From: the human T2T-CHM13v2.0 reference genome, Homo sapiens
Length of the DNA stretch: 64,000 nucleotides
Assembly (NCBI RefSeq): GCF_009914755.1
Contig: NC_060940.1
Direction: 5' to 3' (one strand)
Shown: positions 15,701 to 30,950 of the stretch, piece after piece
How positions within the stretch are numbered: position 1 is the first letter of the stretch
Layout: each line of letters opens with the position of its first letter
Translations under genes and position numbers: made by a program
Notes under the pieces: model-generated
What the model was told of the DNA's origin: nothing
Database searches by the model: none
The model's input: the letters and a program-made list of their open reading frames with translations, nothing else

Positions 15701-18700
15701 TGATTATCCCCTTAGAGTAAACTCAACGATTCCATTCAATACCATTCGATGATGATTCCTTTTGAGTCCATTCAATGATTTCATTCAAGTCCATTTGATG
15801 ATTCCTTTCAATTCCATTCTATGATGATTCCATTCGAGTCCATTCGATGATTCCATTCGATTGCATTCGATTATTCCATTATATTCCAGTCAACAATGAA
15901 TCCATTCGAGTCCATTCGATGATTCCATTAGAGTACATTTAATGATTGCTTTGTTTTCAATTCGAAGATGACTACATTGGATTCCATTCTATGATACCAT
16001 TCGATTCCATTCAATGATGATTCCACTCAAATCCATTGGATGATTCCATTCGTGTCCATTCGGTGATTTCCTTAGATTCCATTCGAGGATGATTCCATTC
16101 GATTCCATTCGATGATTCCATTCAATTCCATTCGAGTATGATTCCATTCCAGTCCATATGATCATTCCATTTGATTTCATTCGATGATGATTCCATTCGA
16201 TTCCATTCGATGATTCCATTCTATTCCATTCGATGATGATTCCATTCGAGTCCATTCGATGATTCCATTCGAGTCCATTTAATGATTCCATTGGGTTCAA
16301 TTCAATGATGATTACATTGGATTCCGTTCTATGATTCCATTCAATTCCGTTCATTGACAATTTGATTCCATTCGATGATGATTCCATTTGAGTTCATTCG
16401 ATGATTCTATTCGATTCTCTTCGATGGTGATTCAATTCTATTATATTGGATGATTCCATTCGATTCCATTTGATGTTGATTCAATTCGATTCTATTCGAT
16501 GATGATTCCATTGGATTTCACTTGATGATTCTATTCGATTCCATTCAATGATGATTCACTTCTCGTCCATTGGATGATTCCATTTCATTCCATTCGATGA
16601 TGATTCCATTCGATTCCATTCGATGATTCCATTTGATTCCATGCGTCGGTGAGCAATTCGATTCAATTCCATGATGATTCTATTTGATTCAATTAGATGA
16701 TGTTTCCATTCGAATCCATTCCATGATTATTCCATTGGAATCCATTCGGCGATGATTCCATATGAGTCAATTCAATGATGATTCCATATGGGTCCGTTCG
16801 ATGATAATTCCATTTGATTTCATTCGGTGCTTCTATTCAATTCCAGTCGATGATGATTCCGTTGGAGTCCATACGATGATTCCATTTGATTTCATTTGAT
16901 GATGATTCCATTCGATGATGATTACATTGGATTCCATTCTATGATTCCATTCAATTCCATTCGTTGATGATTCGATTCCATTCAATGATGATTCCATTTG
17001 AGTTCATTCGATGATTCTATTCGATTCCGTTCGATGGTGATTCAATTCTCTTATATTGGATGATTCCACTCGATTCCATTTGATGATTATTCCATTGCAG
17101 TCCACTTAGGGAATCCTTCAGATTCTTCTCGAAGATGAATCCATTCAAGTCCATTCAATCATACCATTCAATTTCATTCGTTGATGCTTCCATTCAAGTG
17201 CATTCGATGATATCATTCGATTCCATTTGATGATAATTCCATTTGATTCCATGCGATGATTCTATTCGATTCCATTCAATGATAATTCCATTCAGTTCAG
17301 TGATTCCTCTGAACTCCATTTGATGATGATTCCATTCAATGATTCCATTCGATTCTATTCCAAAATGATTCCATTTGAATCCATTTGATGATGATTCCAT
17401 TAGATTCCATTTGATGATTCCATTCGATTCCATGCGACGATGATTCCATTCAATTCCATGTGATGATTCCATTCTATTCTATTCGATGATGATTCCATTC
17501 GATTCCATTCGATGATGATTGGATTCAATTCCATTTGATGATTTCATTTGATTCCATTCGTTAATGATTTCGATCAATTCCATTCGATGATTCCATTCGA
17601 TTCCATTCGATAATGATTACATCCGTGTCCATTCAATGATTCCATTTGAGCCTGTTCGATAATTCCATTTGAGTCCAACCAATGATTCCATTCATTTCCC
17701 TTCAATGATTCCATTCGAGTCCATTTGATCATTCCGGTAGGGTCCATTCGATGTTGACTCCATTGGAGTGCATTCGATGATTCCATTCGAGTCTATTTTA
17801 TGATTTGATTCGAGTCCTTTCGATGATTCCATTCGATTCCACTCGATGATGATTTCATTCGAGTCCATTCGACACTTCCAATCGATTCCATTTGATGTTT
17901 CCATTCGAGTCCAATTGATGATTCCATTCAATTCCATTCGATGATGATTCCGTACGATTCCATTCTGTGATGATTCCATGTGATTGCATTCAATGATGAT
18001 TCCTTTAGATTGCATTCGATTGTGATTCATTTCGTCTTCATTCTATGGTTCCACTGGTTTCCATTCGTGTCCATTCCATTATTCCATTCTATTCCATTTG
18101 ATGATGATTCCATTCGATTCCATTCATTGGTGATTCCACTCAATTCCATTCAATGATTCCATTCCATTTCTTTCAACAATGATTCCATTACTTTCTAATC
18201 GATGATCCACTTGATTCCATTTGACGACGATTCCATTCTTGTCCATTCGATGATTCCATTTGATTCCATATGATGATGATTCCATTCGATTCCATACCAT
18301 GATGATTCCATTCGAGTCCATTCAATGGTGATTCCATTCAATTCCATTCGATGATTCCTTTTGATTCCATTCGATGATGATGGCATTCGATTCCTTTCAA
18401 TCATACCCTTTGATTCCATTCAAAGGTGATTTCATTCAAGTCCATTCGATAATTGCATTCGATTCCATTCTATGATGATTCCATTCGAGTCCATTTGATG
18501 ATTCCATTCAATTCAAGTCAATGATGATTCCATTCGATTCCATTCGATGATTCCATTGGATTCCATTCGATGATGATTCCATTCAAATCCATTCGATAAT
18601 TCAATTCAAGTCCATTCGATGATGATTAAAATCGAATCCATTCAAAGATTCCATTCAGTTCCATTCGATGATTCCCTTAGATTCCATTCGATGATTCCAC

Positions 18701-19017
18701 TTGATTTCATTTACGATGATTCCATTTGATTCCATGTGATGATTCCATTCAATTCTATTCAATGCTGTTTCCATTTGATTCCATTCGACCATGATTGCCT
18801 TTGATTCCATTCAATGACTCCATTCGGTTCCTTTTGATGATGATTCCGTTCGATTCCATTTCATTATTCCATTTGATTCCATTGGATGAGTCCATTCGAT
18901 TACATTCGATGATTATTCCATTCGAGTGCATAAGATGATTCCATTCGAGTCCATTCGATGATTCCATTCGATTCCATTCGATGTTGATTCTGTTCAAATC
19001 CATTCGATGATTCCACT
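9778..19017 (+). repeat. About 1.5 tandem copies of a 6,112-bp nested repeat unit
   Basis: ORF-marker offsets 11918->18030, 12083->18195 and 12643->18755 are all 6,112. Offsets 10177->16387 and 10984->17194 are 6,210, which is 6,112 plus a local 98-bp duplication. Confidence 0.85.
11280..11490 (+). repeat. Local 98-bp tandem duplication
   Basis: GATGATGATTGG...CGTTAATGATTTCGATCA occurs at 11301 and again at 11399. It is single-copy in the homologous region near 17510. Confidence 0.85.
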
Positions 19018-22000
19018 CGATTCCATTCAGTGATGATTCCATTTGATTCCATCTGATGATGACTTCATTTGATTCCATTCGATGATGATTCCATTGGAGT
19101 CCATTGAATGATTCAATTCAATTCCATTCCATGTGGATTCCATTCGAATTCATTCGATTATTCCATTCAAATCCCTTCGTTGATTCCATCTGATTCCACT
19201 TGACGATGATTCCATTCAAGTCCAATCGATGATTCCATTCGGTTCCATTCAGTGATTCCATTCGAGTCCATTTATGTATTATATTCGTGTCCACTTGATG
19301 ACTCACTCCATTCAATTCCATTTAATGATGATTCCATTTGATTCCATTTGATGATTCAGTTCGATTCCTTACAATGATTCCCTACGATTCCTTTCTATGA
19401 TGATTCCATTCGATTCCATTCATTGATGATTCCATTCGACTCCATTCGATGATGATTCCTTTCGATTCCATTTGACGATGTTTCCATTTGAGTCCATTCG
19501 ATGATGATTCAATTCAGTTCTGTTCTATTATGAATCCATTCGATTTCATTCAATGCTTCTATTTGATTCCATTCGACGATGATTCCATCTCTTTCCCTTC
19601 GATGTTTCCATTTGATTCCATTCAGTGATGATTCCATTTGATTCCATCTGATGATGATTTCACTTGATTCATTTCAATGATGATTCCATTCAAGTCCATT
19701 CGATGATTCCATTGGAGTCCAAACGATCATTCCATTCGATTCCATTCAATGATGATTCCATTTATGTCCGTTCAATGAATCCTTTCAATTCCATTCGATG
19801 ATGACTCCATTCGAGTACATTCGATGATTCCATTTGATTCCATTTGATGATGATTACATTCAATCCCATTCGAAGATGATTCCATTCAATTCCACTTGAT
19901 GATGATTCCGTATGAATCCATTCGCTGATTATTCCATTCGATTCCATTCATTGACGATTCCATTTGATTCCATTCAATGATGATGCTCTTCTATTCCATT
20001 CGATGATTCCGGTCGATTCCATTCGATGATGATTCCATTAGATTCCATTCGATTGTTGCATTCGATTCCCTTCGATGATGATTCCTTTGAATTCCATTCG
20101 ATTATGATTCCGTATGAATCCATTTGATGATTATTCCATTGGATTCCTTTCGATGATGATTCCATTCGATTCCATTTGATGATGTTTCTCATGTATTCCA
20201 TTTGATAATTCCTTTCAATTCCCTTCGATGATGATTCTTTCGAGTCAATTCGATGATTCTATTCCATTCCCTTCGATGATGATTCCATTTCACTCCATTC
20301 GATGATTCCATTCGATTCAATTTGGTGATGATTCAATTCGATGACATTCGATGACTCCATTCAATTTCATTTGATGATGATTACATTCGAGTCCATTTGA
20401 TGATTGTATTCCTTTCCTTTTGATGATTATTCCATTCGTGTCTATTCAAAGATTCCATTCTATTCCATTCAATGATGATTCCAATTGATTCCATTCAATG
20501 ATTATGGCTATCGATTCCACTCGTTGATTCCATTTGATTCCATTCGATGATTATTCCGTTAGATTCCATTAGGAGATTCCATTCGATTTTATTCAATGAT
20601 TCCAATTGATTCCATTCAATGATGATTCCATTCGACTCCATTCAGTGATTCCATTTGAGTCCATTTGATGATTCCATTCGAGTCCATTTGATGATTCCAT
20701 TCTTTTCCATTTGATGATGATTCCATTAGGGTCCATTCAATGATTCCATTCGAGTCCATTCGTTAATGCCTTTCGAGTCCTTTTGATCACTACATTCGAG
20801 TCCATTCAATGATTCTATTCGATTCCATTCCATGATGATTCCATTCGAGTTCATTCGATGATTGCATTCGAGTCCATTTGATGATTCCATAAGATTCCAT
20901 TCGACAATGATTCCATTCGTGTCCATTTGATGATTCCATTCATTTCCTATCGATGAAGATTCCATTCGAGTGTATTCGATGATTCCATTCAAATCCATTC
21001 GATGATGATTCCATTCCAGTCCATTCGATCATTCCACTTGATTCCATTTGATGACTATTCCATTCAAATCCATTTGATGATTCCATTCGATTCCATTCGA
21101 TGTTACCATTCCAGTATATACGATGATTCCACTCGATTCCATTTGATGATTATTCCATTGGAGTCGACTTAGTGAATCCTTTAGATTCTACTCGAAGATG
21201 ATTCCATTCGAGTCCATTCGATGATACCATTCAATTCCATTCGTTGATGCTTCCATTCAAGTGCATTCGATGATATCATTCGATTCCATTTGATGATAAT
21301 TCCATTTGATTCCATGTGATGATTCTATTCCATTCCATTCAATGATAATTCCATTCAATTCAGTGATTCCTCTGGACTCCATTTGATGATGATTCCATTC
21401 AATGATTCCATTCGATTCTATTCGAAAATGATTCCATTTGAATCCATTTGATGATGATTCCATTCGATTCCATTTGATGATTCCATTCGATTCCATTCGA
21501 CGATGATTCCATTCGATTCCATTTGATGATTCCATTCTATTCTATTCGATGATGATTCCATTCGATTCCATTCGATGATGATTGGATTCGATTCCATTTG
21601 ATGATTTCATTTGATTCCATTCGATGATGATTTCGATCAATTCCATTCGATGATTCCATTCGATTCCATTTGATAATGATTACATCCGAGTCCATTCGAT
21701 GATTCCATTTGAGCCCGTTCGATAATTCCATTTGAGTCCAATCAATGATTCCATTCATTTCCATTCAATGATTCCATTCGAGTCCATTTGATCATTCCGG
21801 TAGGGTCCGTTCGATGTTGATTCCATTGGAGTGCATTCGATGATTCCATTCGAGTCCATTTTAGGATTTGATTCGAGTCCTTTCGATGATTCCATTCGAT
21901 TCCACTCGATGCGATGATGATTTCATTCGAGTCCATTCGACACTTCCAATCGATTCCATTTGATGTTTCCATTCGAGTCCAATTGATGATTCCATTCAAT

Positions 22001-25000
22001 TCCATTCGATGATGATTCCGTACGATTCCATTCTGTGATGATTCCATGTGATTGCATTCAATGATGATTTCTTTCGATTGCATTCGATTATGATTCATTT
22101 CGTGTTCATTCTATGGTTCCACAGGTTTCACATCGTGTCCATTCCATTATTCCATTCTATTCCATTTGATGATGATTCCATTCGATTCCATTCATTGGTG
22201 ATTCCACTCAATTCCATTCAATGATTCCATTCCATTTCTTTCAACAATGATTCCATTAGTTTCTAATCGATGATCCACTTGATTCCATTTGACGATGATT
22301 CCATTCTTGTCCATTCGATGATTCCATTTGATTCCATATGATGATGATTCCATTAGATTCCATACGATGATGATTCCATTCGAGTCCATTCAATGGTGAT
22401 TCCATTCAATTCCATTCGATGATTCCTTTCGATTCCATTTGATGATGATGGCATTCGATTCCTTTCAATCATTCCCTTTGATTCCACTCAAAGGTGATTT
22501 CATTCAAGTCCATTCGATAATTGCATTCGATTCCATTCTATGATGATTCCATTCGAGTCCATTTGATGATTCCATTCAATTCAAGTCAATGATGATTCCA
22601 TTCGATTCCATTCGATGATTCCATTGGATTCCATTCGATGATGATTCCATTCAAATCCATTCGATAATTCAATTCACGTCCATTCGATGATGATTCCAAT
22701 CGAATCCATTCAAAGATTCCATTCAATTCCATTCGATGATTCCCTTAGATTCCATTCGATGATTCCACTTGATTCCATTTACGATGATTCCATTCGATTC
22801 CATGTGATGATTCCATTCAATTCTATTCAATGATGTTTCCATTTGATTCCATTCGACCATGATTGCCTTTGATTCCATTCAATGATTCCATTCGGTTCCG
22901 TTTGATGATGATTCCGTTCGATTCCATTTGATGATTCCATTTGATTCCATTGGATGAGTCCATTCGATTACATTCGATGATTATTCCATTCGAGTGCATT
23001 AGATGATTCCATTCGAGTCCATTCGATGATTCCATTCGAGTCCATTCGATGATTCCATTCGATTCCATTCGATGTTGATTCTGTTCAAATCCATTCGATG
23101 ATTCCACTCGATTCCATTCGATGACTCCATTTGATCCCATTCGATGATTTCCTTTGATTCCCTTTGATGATCATTCCATTTGATTCAATTCGGTGATTTC
23201 ATTGGATTCCATTCAGTGATGTTTCCATTCGACTCCATTCGATGATGATTCCATTCGACTACATTCGATTATGATTTCATTCAATTCCATTCGATAAAGA
23301 TTCCCTTCGAGTCCAATCGATGATTCCATTCGATTCCATTCAACGATGATTTGATTCGTGTCCATTCGATGATTCCATTTGATTCCACTTGATGAGGATT
23401 CCATTCGAGTCCATTTGATGATTCCATTCAATTGCATTCTCCGATGATTTCTTTTGAGCCCATTCAATGCTTCCACTCGATTCCATATGATGATGACTCC
23501 ATTCGATGAAACGCGATGATGATTCCATTCGCTTGCATTCGATGATGATTCCACTTGAGTCCGTTAGAAGATTCTATTCAATTACATTCCATGACGATTC
23601 CGTTCGAGTCCATTTGATGATTCCATTAGACTCCATTCCACGATGATTCCATTCGATGTTATTCGATGATTCCATTCGATCTCATTCGTTGATGATTCCA
23701 TTCAACTCCATTCGATGTTTCCATTCGAGTTCATTCTATTATTCCATTAGATTCCATTCGATGATGATTCCATTCGATTCCATTTGATGATTGCATTCTA
23801 TTTCATTTGATGAGGATTCCATTCGAGTCCACTCGATGATTCCATTCGAGTCCATTTAATGAATCCATTGGTTTCAATTCTATGATGATTACATTGGATT
23901 CCATTCGTTGATGATTTCATTCGGTTCCATTCAATGATGATTCCATTCAATTCCTTTCAATGTTTCCATTCAATTCCATACGATGATGATTCCATTTGAT
24001 TTGATTCGACAGTGAGCCATTCGATTCAATTCCATGATGATTCTATTTGATTCACTTGGTTGACATTTCCATTCGATTCCATTCGATGATGATTCCATTT
24101 GATTCCATTCAAAGATGATTCCATTCTAGCCCATTCAATCATTCCATTCGATTCTATTCAATGATGATTCCATTCATGTCGATTTGGTGATTCAATTTGA
24201 CTTCATTTGATGATGATTCCTTTCAAGTTCATTAGATGATTCCATTCGATTCCATTTGATGATGATCCCATTCGAGTCCATTCAGTGATTCCACTCGTTT
24301 CCATTCCATGATGATTCCATTCCATTCCATTCAATGATTCCATTCGATTCCGTTTGATGATGATTTCATTCGAGTCCATTTGATGATTCCATTTGATTCC
24401 ATTCGATGATGATTCCATTCGAGTCCATTCGATGATTCTATTCGAATCCATTTGATGATTTCTTTTGATTATATTTGGTGATGATTCCATTGGAGTCCAT
24501 TCAATGATTCCATTCGATTCCAATCGATGATGATTCCATTAGAGTCCATTTAATGATTCCATTTGATTCCAGTCTCTGATGTTTACATTCGAGTCCATAC
24601 GATGATTCCACTCAATTCCATATGATGATGATTCCATTCGATTCCATTCGATGATTCCATTCTATTCTATTCAATGGTGATTCCATTCGAGTACATTAGA
24701 TGATTCCATTCGATTCCATTCAATGATGATTCTATTTGTGTCCCTTAGATGATTCCACATGATTCCATTAGATGATGATACTATTTGAGCCCATCCAATG
24801 ATTCCCTTCGATTCCATTCGATGAGGATTCCATTCGATTCAATTCATTGGTGATTCTATTCAATTCAATTCTTTGATTCAATTCCATTCCATTCGACAAT
24901 GATTCCATTCGATTTCTTTCGATGATTCCACTCAATTTCACTTGACATTGATTCCATTCGATTCCATTCAATGATTCCATTTGATTCCAGTGGATGATGA

Positions 25001-28000
25001 TTGCCGTCGATTCCATTCGATCACTCCATTCTGTTCCATTTGATGATGATTACATTCGATTCCATTTGATGATTCCATCTGACTCTATTCGAGGATTCCA
25101 TTTGATTCCATTCGATGATGATTCCATTCGAGTCCATTCGATGATTTCATTCGAGTACATCCAATGATTCCATTCGAGTCCATTTGATGATTCCATTTCA
25201 TTCCATTTGATTATGATTCTACTAGAGTCCATTCAATGACTCCATTCGAGTCCATTCAACAGTTCCATCCGAGTCCATTCGATGATTCCATTCGATTCCA
25301 TTTGATGATTCCATTTGAGTCCATTTAATCATTACAGTCGAGTCCATTTGGTGATTCCACTGGATTTCTTTTGATAATGATACCATTCAATTACATTTGA
25401 TGATGATCCCATTCAATTTCATTTGATGATGATTCCATTAGAGTCCATTCCATGATTTCATTCGAGTCCCTTCATTGATTCCATCCGATTTCATTTCATG
25501 ATGACTCCATTCGAGTCCATTCGATGATTCCACTCGATTCCATTAGATGATTCCATTGGAGTCCATTTGATTGTTCCATTCGATTCCATTCGATTCCTTT
25601 CGAAGATTATTCCATTTGAGTCCATTCGATGATGATTCCATTCCATTCCATTCGATGATTCCGTTTGATTCCATTCGATGATTCCCTGCGATTCCTTTCT
25701 ATGATGATTCCATTCCATTCCATTCAATGATTCCATTCGAATCTATTCCATGATGATTCCTTTCGATTCCATTCGCTGATGTTTCCGTTCAATTCCATTC
25801 GATGATGATTCCATTCGATTCCATTCATTGAGGATTCCATTGGATTCCATTCAATGATGATTCCATTCTATTCCATTCAATGATTGCATTCAATTCCATT
25901 CAATGATTATGCCATTAGAGTAAATTCAACGATTCCATTCAATACCATTCGATGATGATTCCTTTTGAGTCCATTCAATGATTTCATTCAAGTCCATTTG
26001 ATGATTCCTTTCAATTCCATTCCATGATGATTCCATTCGAGTCCATTCGATGATTCCATTCGATTGCATTCGATGATTCCATTATATTCCATTCAACGAT
26101 GATTCCATTCGAGTCCATTCGATGATTCCATTAGAGTACATATAATGATTGCTTTGTTTTCAATTCGAAGATGATTACATTGGATTCCATTCTATGATTC
26201 CATTCGATTCCATTCATTGATGATTCCACCCGATTCCATTCGATGATGATTCCACTCAAATCCATTGGATGATTCCATTCGTTTCCAATTGGTGATTTCA
26301 TTAGATTCCATTCGAGGATGATTCTATTCGAGTCCATTCAATGATTCCATTGGATTCCGTTTGATAATGATTCCATTAGAGTTCATTCGTTGATTCCCTT
26401 CGAGTCCATTCGATTATTTCTTTTGATTCCATTTGATGATGATTCCATTCGATTCCATTCAATGATTCCATTCCATTCCATTCGATGATGATTCCATTCG
26501 ATAATGATTACATTCGAGCCCATGTGATGATTCCATTAGATTCTATTCAATGATGATTCCATTCGACCACATTCGATGATGGCATTCGAGTCCATTCGAT
26601 GATTTCACTCGATTCCACTTGATGATGATTCCTTTTGAGTCCATTTGATGATTACATTCGAGTCCATGAGATGACTCCATTCGATTCCATTTCATGATGA
26701 TGCAATTCGAGGCTATTCGATCATCCCATTTTAGTGCATTCGGTGATTCTCTTTTATTACATTCGATGAGGGCTCCATTCGAGTCCATTCAATGATTCCA
26801 TTAGATTCCACTCGATGATGATTCCATTTGAGTCCATTCAAAGATTCCTTTCGAGTCCATTCGATAATTCTATTGGATTCCACTAGGTGATGATTCCTTT
26901 CGAGTCAATTCGATGATTCCTTTCAAGTGCCTTCAATGATTCCATTCGATTCCATTCGATGACGATTCATTTCAAGTCCATTCAATGGTTCCATTCTGTT
27001 GAATTTGATGGTTCCATTTGATTCCATTCGATGATGATTCCATTCGTGTCCATTGGATGATTCCATTCGATTCCTTTTGAGGAAGATTCCATTCGACTCC
27101 ATTCGATGATTCCGTTCGATTCCATTCCATGATGATTCCATTTGATTCCATTCCATGATTCCATTCGATACCATTCGATGATGATTCCATTCGACTCCAT
27201 TTGATGAATCCATTCAATGCTTCCATTCGAGTCCATTCGATGATTCCATTCGATTCCATTCCATGAAGATTCCATTCGAGTACATTTGATGATTCCATTT
27301 AATTCCATAGGATGATGATTCTATTAGGGTCCGTTGACTATTCCATTCAATTCCATTCGAAGATTCCATTCGAGTCCACTCGATGATTCTATTTGATTCC
27401 ATTTGATAATTCCATTCGATTCCATTTGATGTTGATTCCATTCGAGTCCATTCGATCATTATTACATTTGATTCTATTCGATGATTCCATTCGATTCCAT
27501 TTGATGAGGATTCCATTCGAGACCATTTGATGATTCCATTCAATTCCATTGGATGATTCCAATATTTTCCATTAGATGATGATTCCATTCGATTCCATTC
27601 AATGATGATTCCATCAGAATCCATTCGATGATGACTCCTTTTGCTTCCATTCAATGATCATTACATTCGGTTCCATTCGATGATGATTCCTTTGGATTCC
27701 ATTCGATGATGCTTCCATTCGATTCCATTTGATGATGATTCTTTTCGATTCCATTTGATGATGATTCCATTTGATTCCATTCGATGGTGATTCCATTTGA
27801 TGATTCCATTCGATTGTATTCGATGATGATTCCACTCGATTCTATTTGATGATGACTGCATTCGATTCCATTTGATGATTCCATTTGATTCCATTCGATG
27901 ATGATTCTGATCAATTGCATTCGATGATCCATTCGATTCCATTCGATGGTTCCATTTGATTCCATTTGATAATGATTCCTTTCGAGTCCATTCGATGATT

Positions 28001-30950
28001 CCATTTGCGGATATTCGATAATTCCATTTGAGTCCAACCGATGATTCCATTCGAGGCCATTCAATCATTCTTTTTGAGTCCTTTCGATAAAGATTCCATT
28101 TTAGTCCATTCAATAATTCCACTGGAGTCCATTCGATGATTGCTTTTAATTCCATTCGATGATATTCCATTCGAGTCCATTCGATGATTCCATTCGTTGC
28201 TATTAGATGATGATTCCATTCATGACCATTTGGTGATTCCATTCGATTTCATTCGTTGATGATTCCATTCGAGTCCATTCCATGATTCCATTCAAGTCCA
28301 TTTGATGATTTCTTTGAATTCAATTCGATGATGATTCCATTCGAGTCCATTCGATGATTCCATTCAGTTCCATTCGATGATGATTCCTTTCGAGACCATA
28401 TGATGATTCCATTTGATTTCATTCGATGATGATTCCATTCGATTCCATTCGATGATTCCATTCTATTCCATTCGATGATGATTCCATTCGAGTCCATTTA
28501 ATGATTCCATTGGGTTCAATTCAATGATGATTACATTGGATTCTCTTCTATGATACCATTCAATTCCGTTCATTGACAATTTGATTCCATTCGATGATGA
28601 TTCCATTTGAGTTCATTCGATGATTCTATTCGATTCTCTTCGATGGTGATTCAATTCTATTATATTGGATGATTCCATTCGATTCCATTTGATGTTGATT
28701 CAATTCGATTCTATTCGATGATGATTCCATTGGATTTCATTTGATGATTCTATTCGATTCCATTCAATGATGATTCACTTCTCGTCCATTGGATGATTCC
28801 ATTTCATTCCATTCGATGATGATTCCATTCGATTCCATTCGATGATTCCATTTGATTCCATTCGACGGTGAGCAATTCGATTCAATTCCATGATGATTCT
28901 ATTTGATTCAGTTAGATGATGTTTCCATTCGAATCCATTCCATGATTATTCCATTGGAATCCATTCGGCGATGATTCCATATGAGTCAATTCAATGATGC
29001 TTCCATATGGGTCAGTTCGATGATAATTCCATTTGATTTCATTCGATGCTTCTATTCAATTCCAGTCGATGATGATTCCGTTGGAGTCCATACGATGACT
29101 CCATTTGATTTCATTTGATGATGATTCCATTCGATTCCATTCGATGACTCCATTCTGTTCCATTCGATGATGATTCCATTCGAGTCCATTCGATGATTCC
29201 ATTCGAGTCCATTTCATGATTCCATTGGGTTCAATTCGATGATGATTACACTGGATTCCATTCTATGATTCCATTCAATTCCATTCGTTGATGATTCGAT
29301 TCCATTCAATGATGATTCCATTTGAGTTCATTCGATGATTCTATTCGATTCCGTTCGATGGTGATTCAATTCTATTATATTGGATGATTCCATTCGATTC
29401 CATTTGATGATGATTCCATTCGATTCCATTCGATGATGATTCCATTTGATTCCATTTGATGTTGATTCTATTCGATTCTATTCAATGATGATTCCATTCG
29501 ATTTCATTTGATGATTCTATTCGATTCCTTTCGATGATTCTATTCCATTCCATTCGATGATGATTCAATTCTCTTCCATTGGATGATTCCATTTTATTCC
29601 ATTCGACGATGACTCCATTTGATTCCATTCAATGATGATTCCATTCGATTCCATTCGGTGATTCCATTTGATTCCATTCGACGGTGAGCAATTTGATTCA
29701 ATTCCATAATGATTCTATTTGATTCAATTAGATGATGTTTCCATTCGAATCCATTCGGTGATGATTCCATTGGTATCCATTCGACGATGATTCCATATGA
29801 GTCAATTCGATGATGATTCCATACGAGTCCGTTGGATGATAATTCCATTTGATTTCATTCAATCCTTCTATTCGATTCCATTTGATGATGATTCCATCTG
29901 AATCCATTCTCCGATTCCATTCGATTTCATTCGATGCTTCTATTTGATTTCATTCGAAGATGATTCCTTTCAATTCCGTTCATTAATTCCATTTGATTCC
30001 ATTCGATGATGATTCCATCCGATTCCATTGGATGATGATTCCATTCGAGTCCATTCGATGATTCCGTTCTAATCCATTCTATGATTCCATTCGAGTCCAT
30101 TCGATGATTCCATTCGATTCCATTCAGTGATGATTCCATTTGATTCCATCTGATGATGATTTCATTTGATTCCATTCGATGATGATTCCATTGGAGTCCA
30201 TTGAATGATTCAATTCAATTCCATTCCATGTGGATTCCATTCGAATTCATTCGATTATTCCATTCAAATCCCTTCGTTGATTCCATCTGATTCCACTTGA
30301 CGATGATTCCATTCAAGTCCAATCGATGATTCCATTCGGTTCCATTCAATGATTCCATTCGAGTCCATTTATGTATTATATTCGTGTCCACTTGATGACT
30401 CCATTCAATTCCATTTAATGATGATTCCATTTGATTCCATTTGATGATTCAGTTCGATTCCTTACAATGATTCCCTACGATTCCTTTCTATGATGATTCC
30501 ATTCGATTCCATTCATTGATGATTCCATTCGACTCCATTCAATGATGATTCCTTTCGATTCCATTTGACGATGTTTCCATTTGAGTCCATTCGATGATGA
30601 TTCCATTGGTATCCATTCGACGATGATTCCATATGAGTCAATTCGATGATGATTCCATACGAGTCCGTTGGATGATAATTCCATTTGATTTCATTCAATC
30701 CTTCTATTCGATTCCATTTGATGATGATTCCATCTGAATCCATTCTCCGATTCCATTCGATTTCATTCGATGCTTCTATTTGATTTCATTCGAAGATGAT
30801 TCCTTTCAATTCCATTCATTAATTCCATTTGATTCCATTCGATGATGATTCCATCCGATTCCATTGGATGATGATTCCACTCGAGTCCATTCGATGATTC
30901 CGTTCTAATCCATTCTATGATTCCATTCGAGTCCATTCGATGATTCCATT
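19018..30950 (+). repeat. 11.8-kb nested repeat unit, copy 1 (11,933 bp; carries a 732-bp deletion, an 836-bp duplication and a 5-bp insertion)
   Basis: Offsets 19118->31051, 19762->31695 and 21257->33190 are 11,933, and 11,824 - 732 + 836 + 5 = 11,933. Confidence 0.88.
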
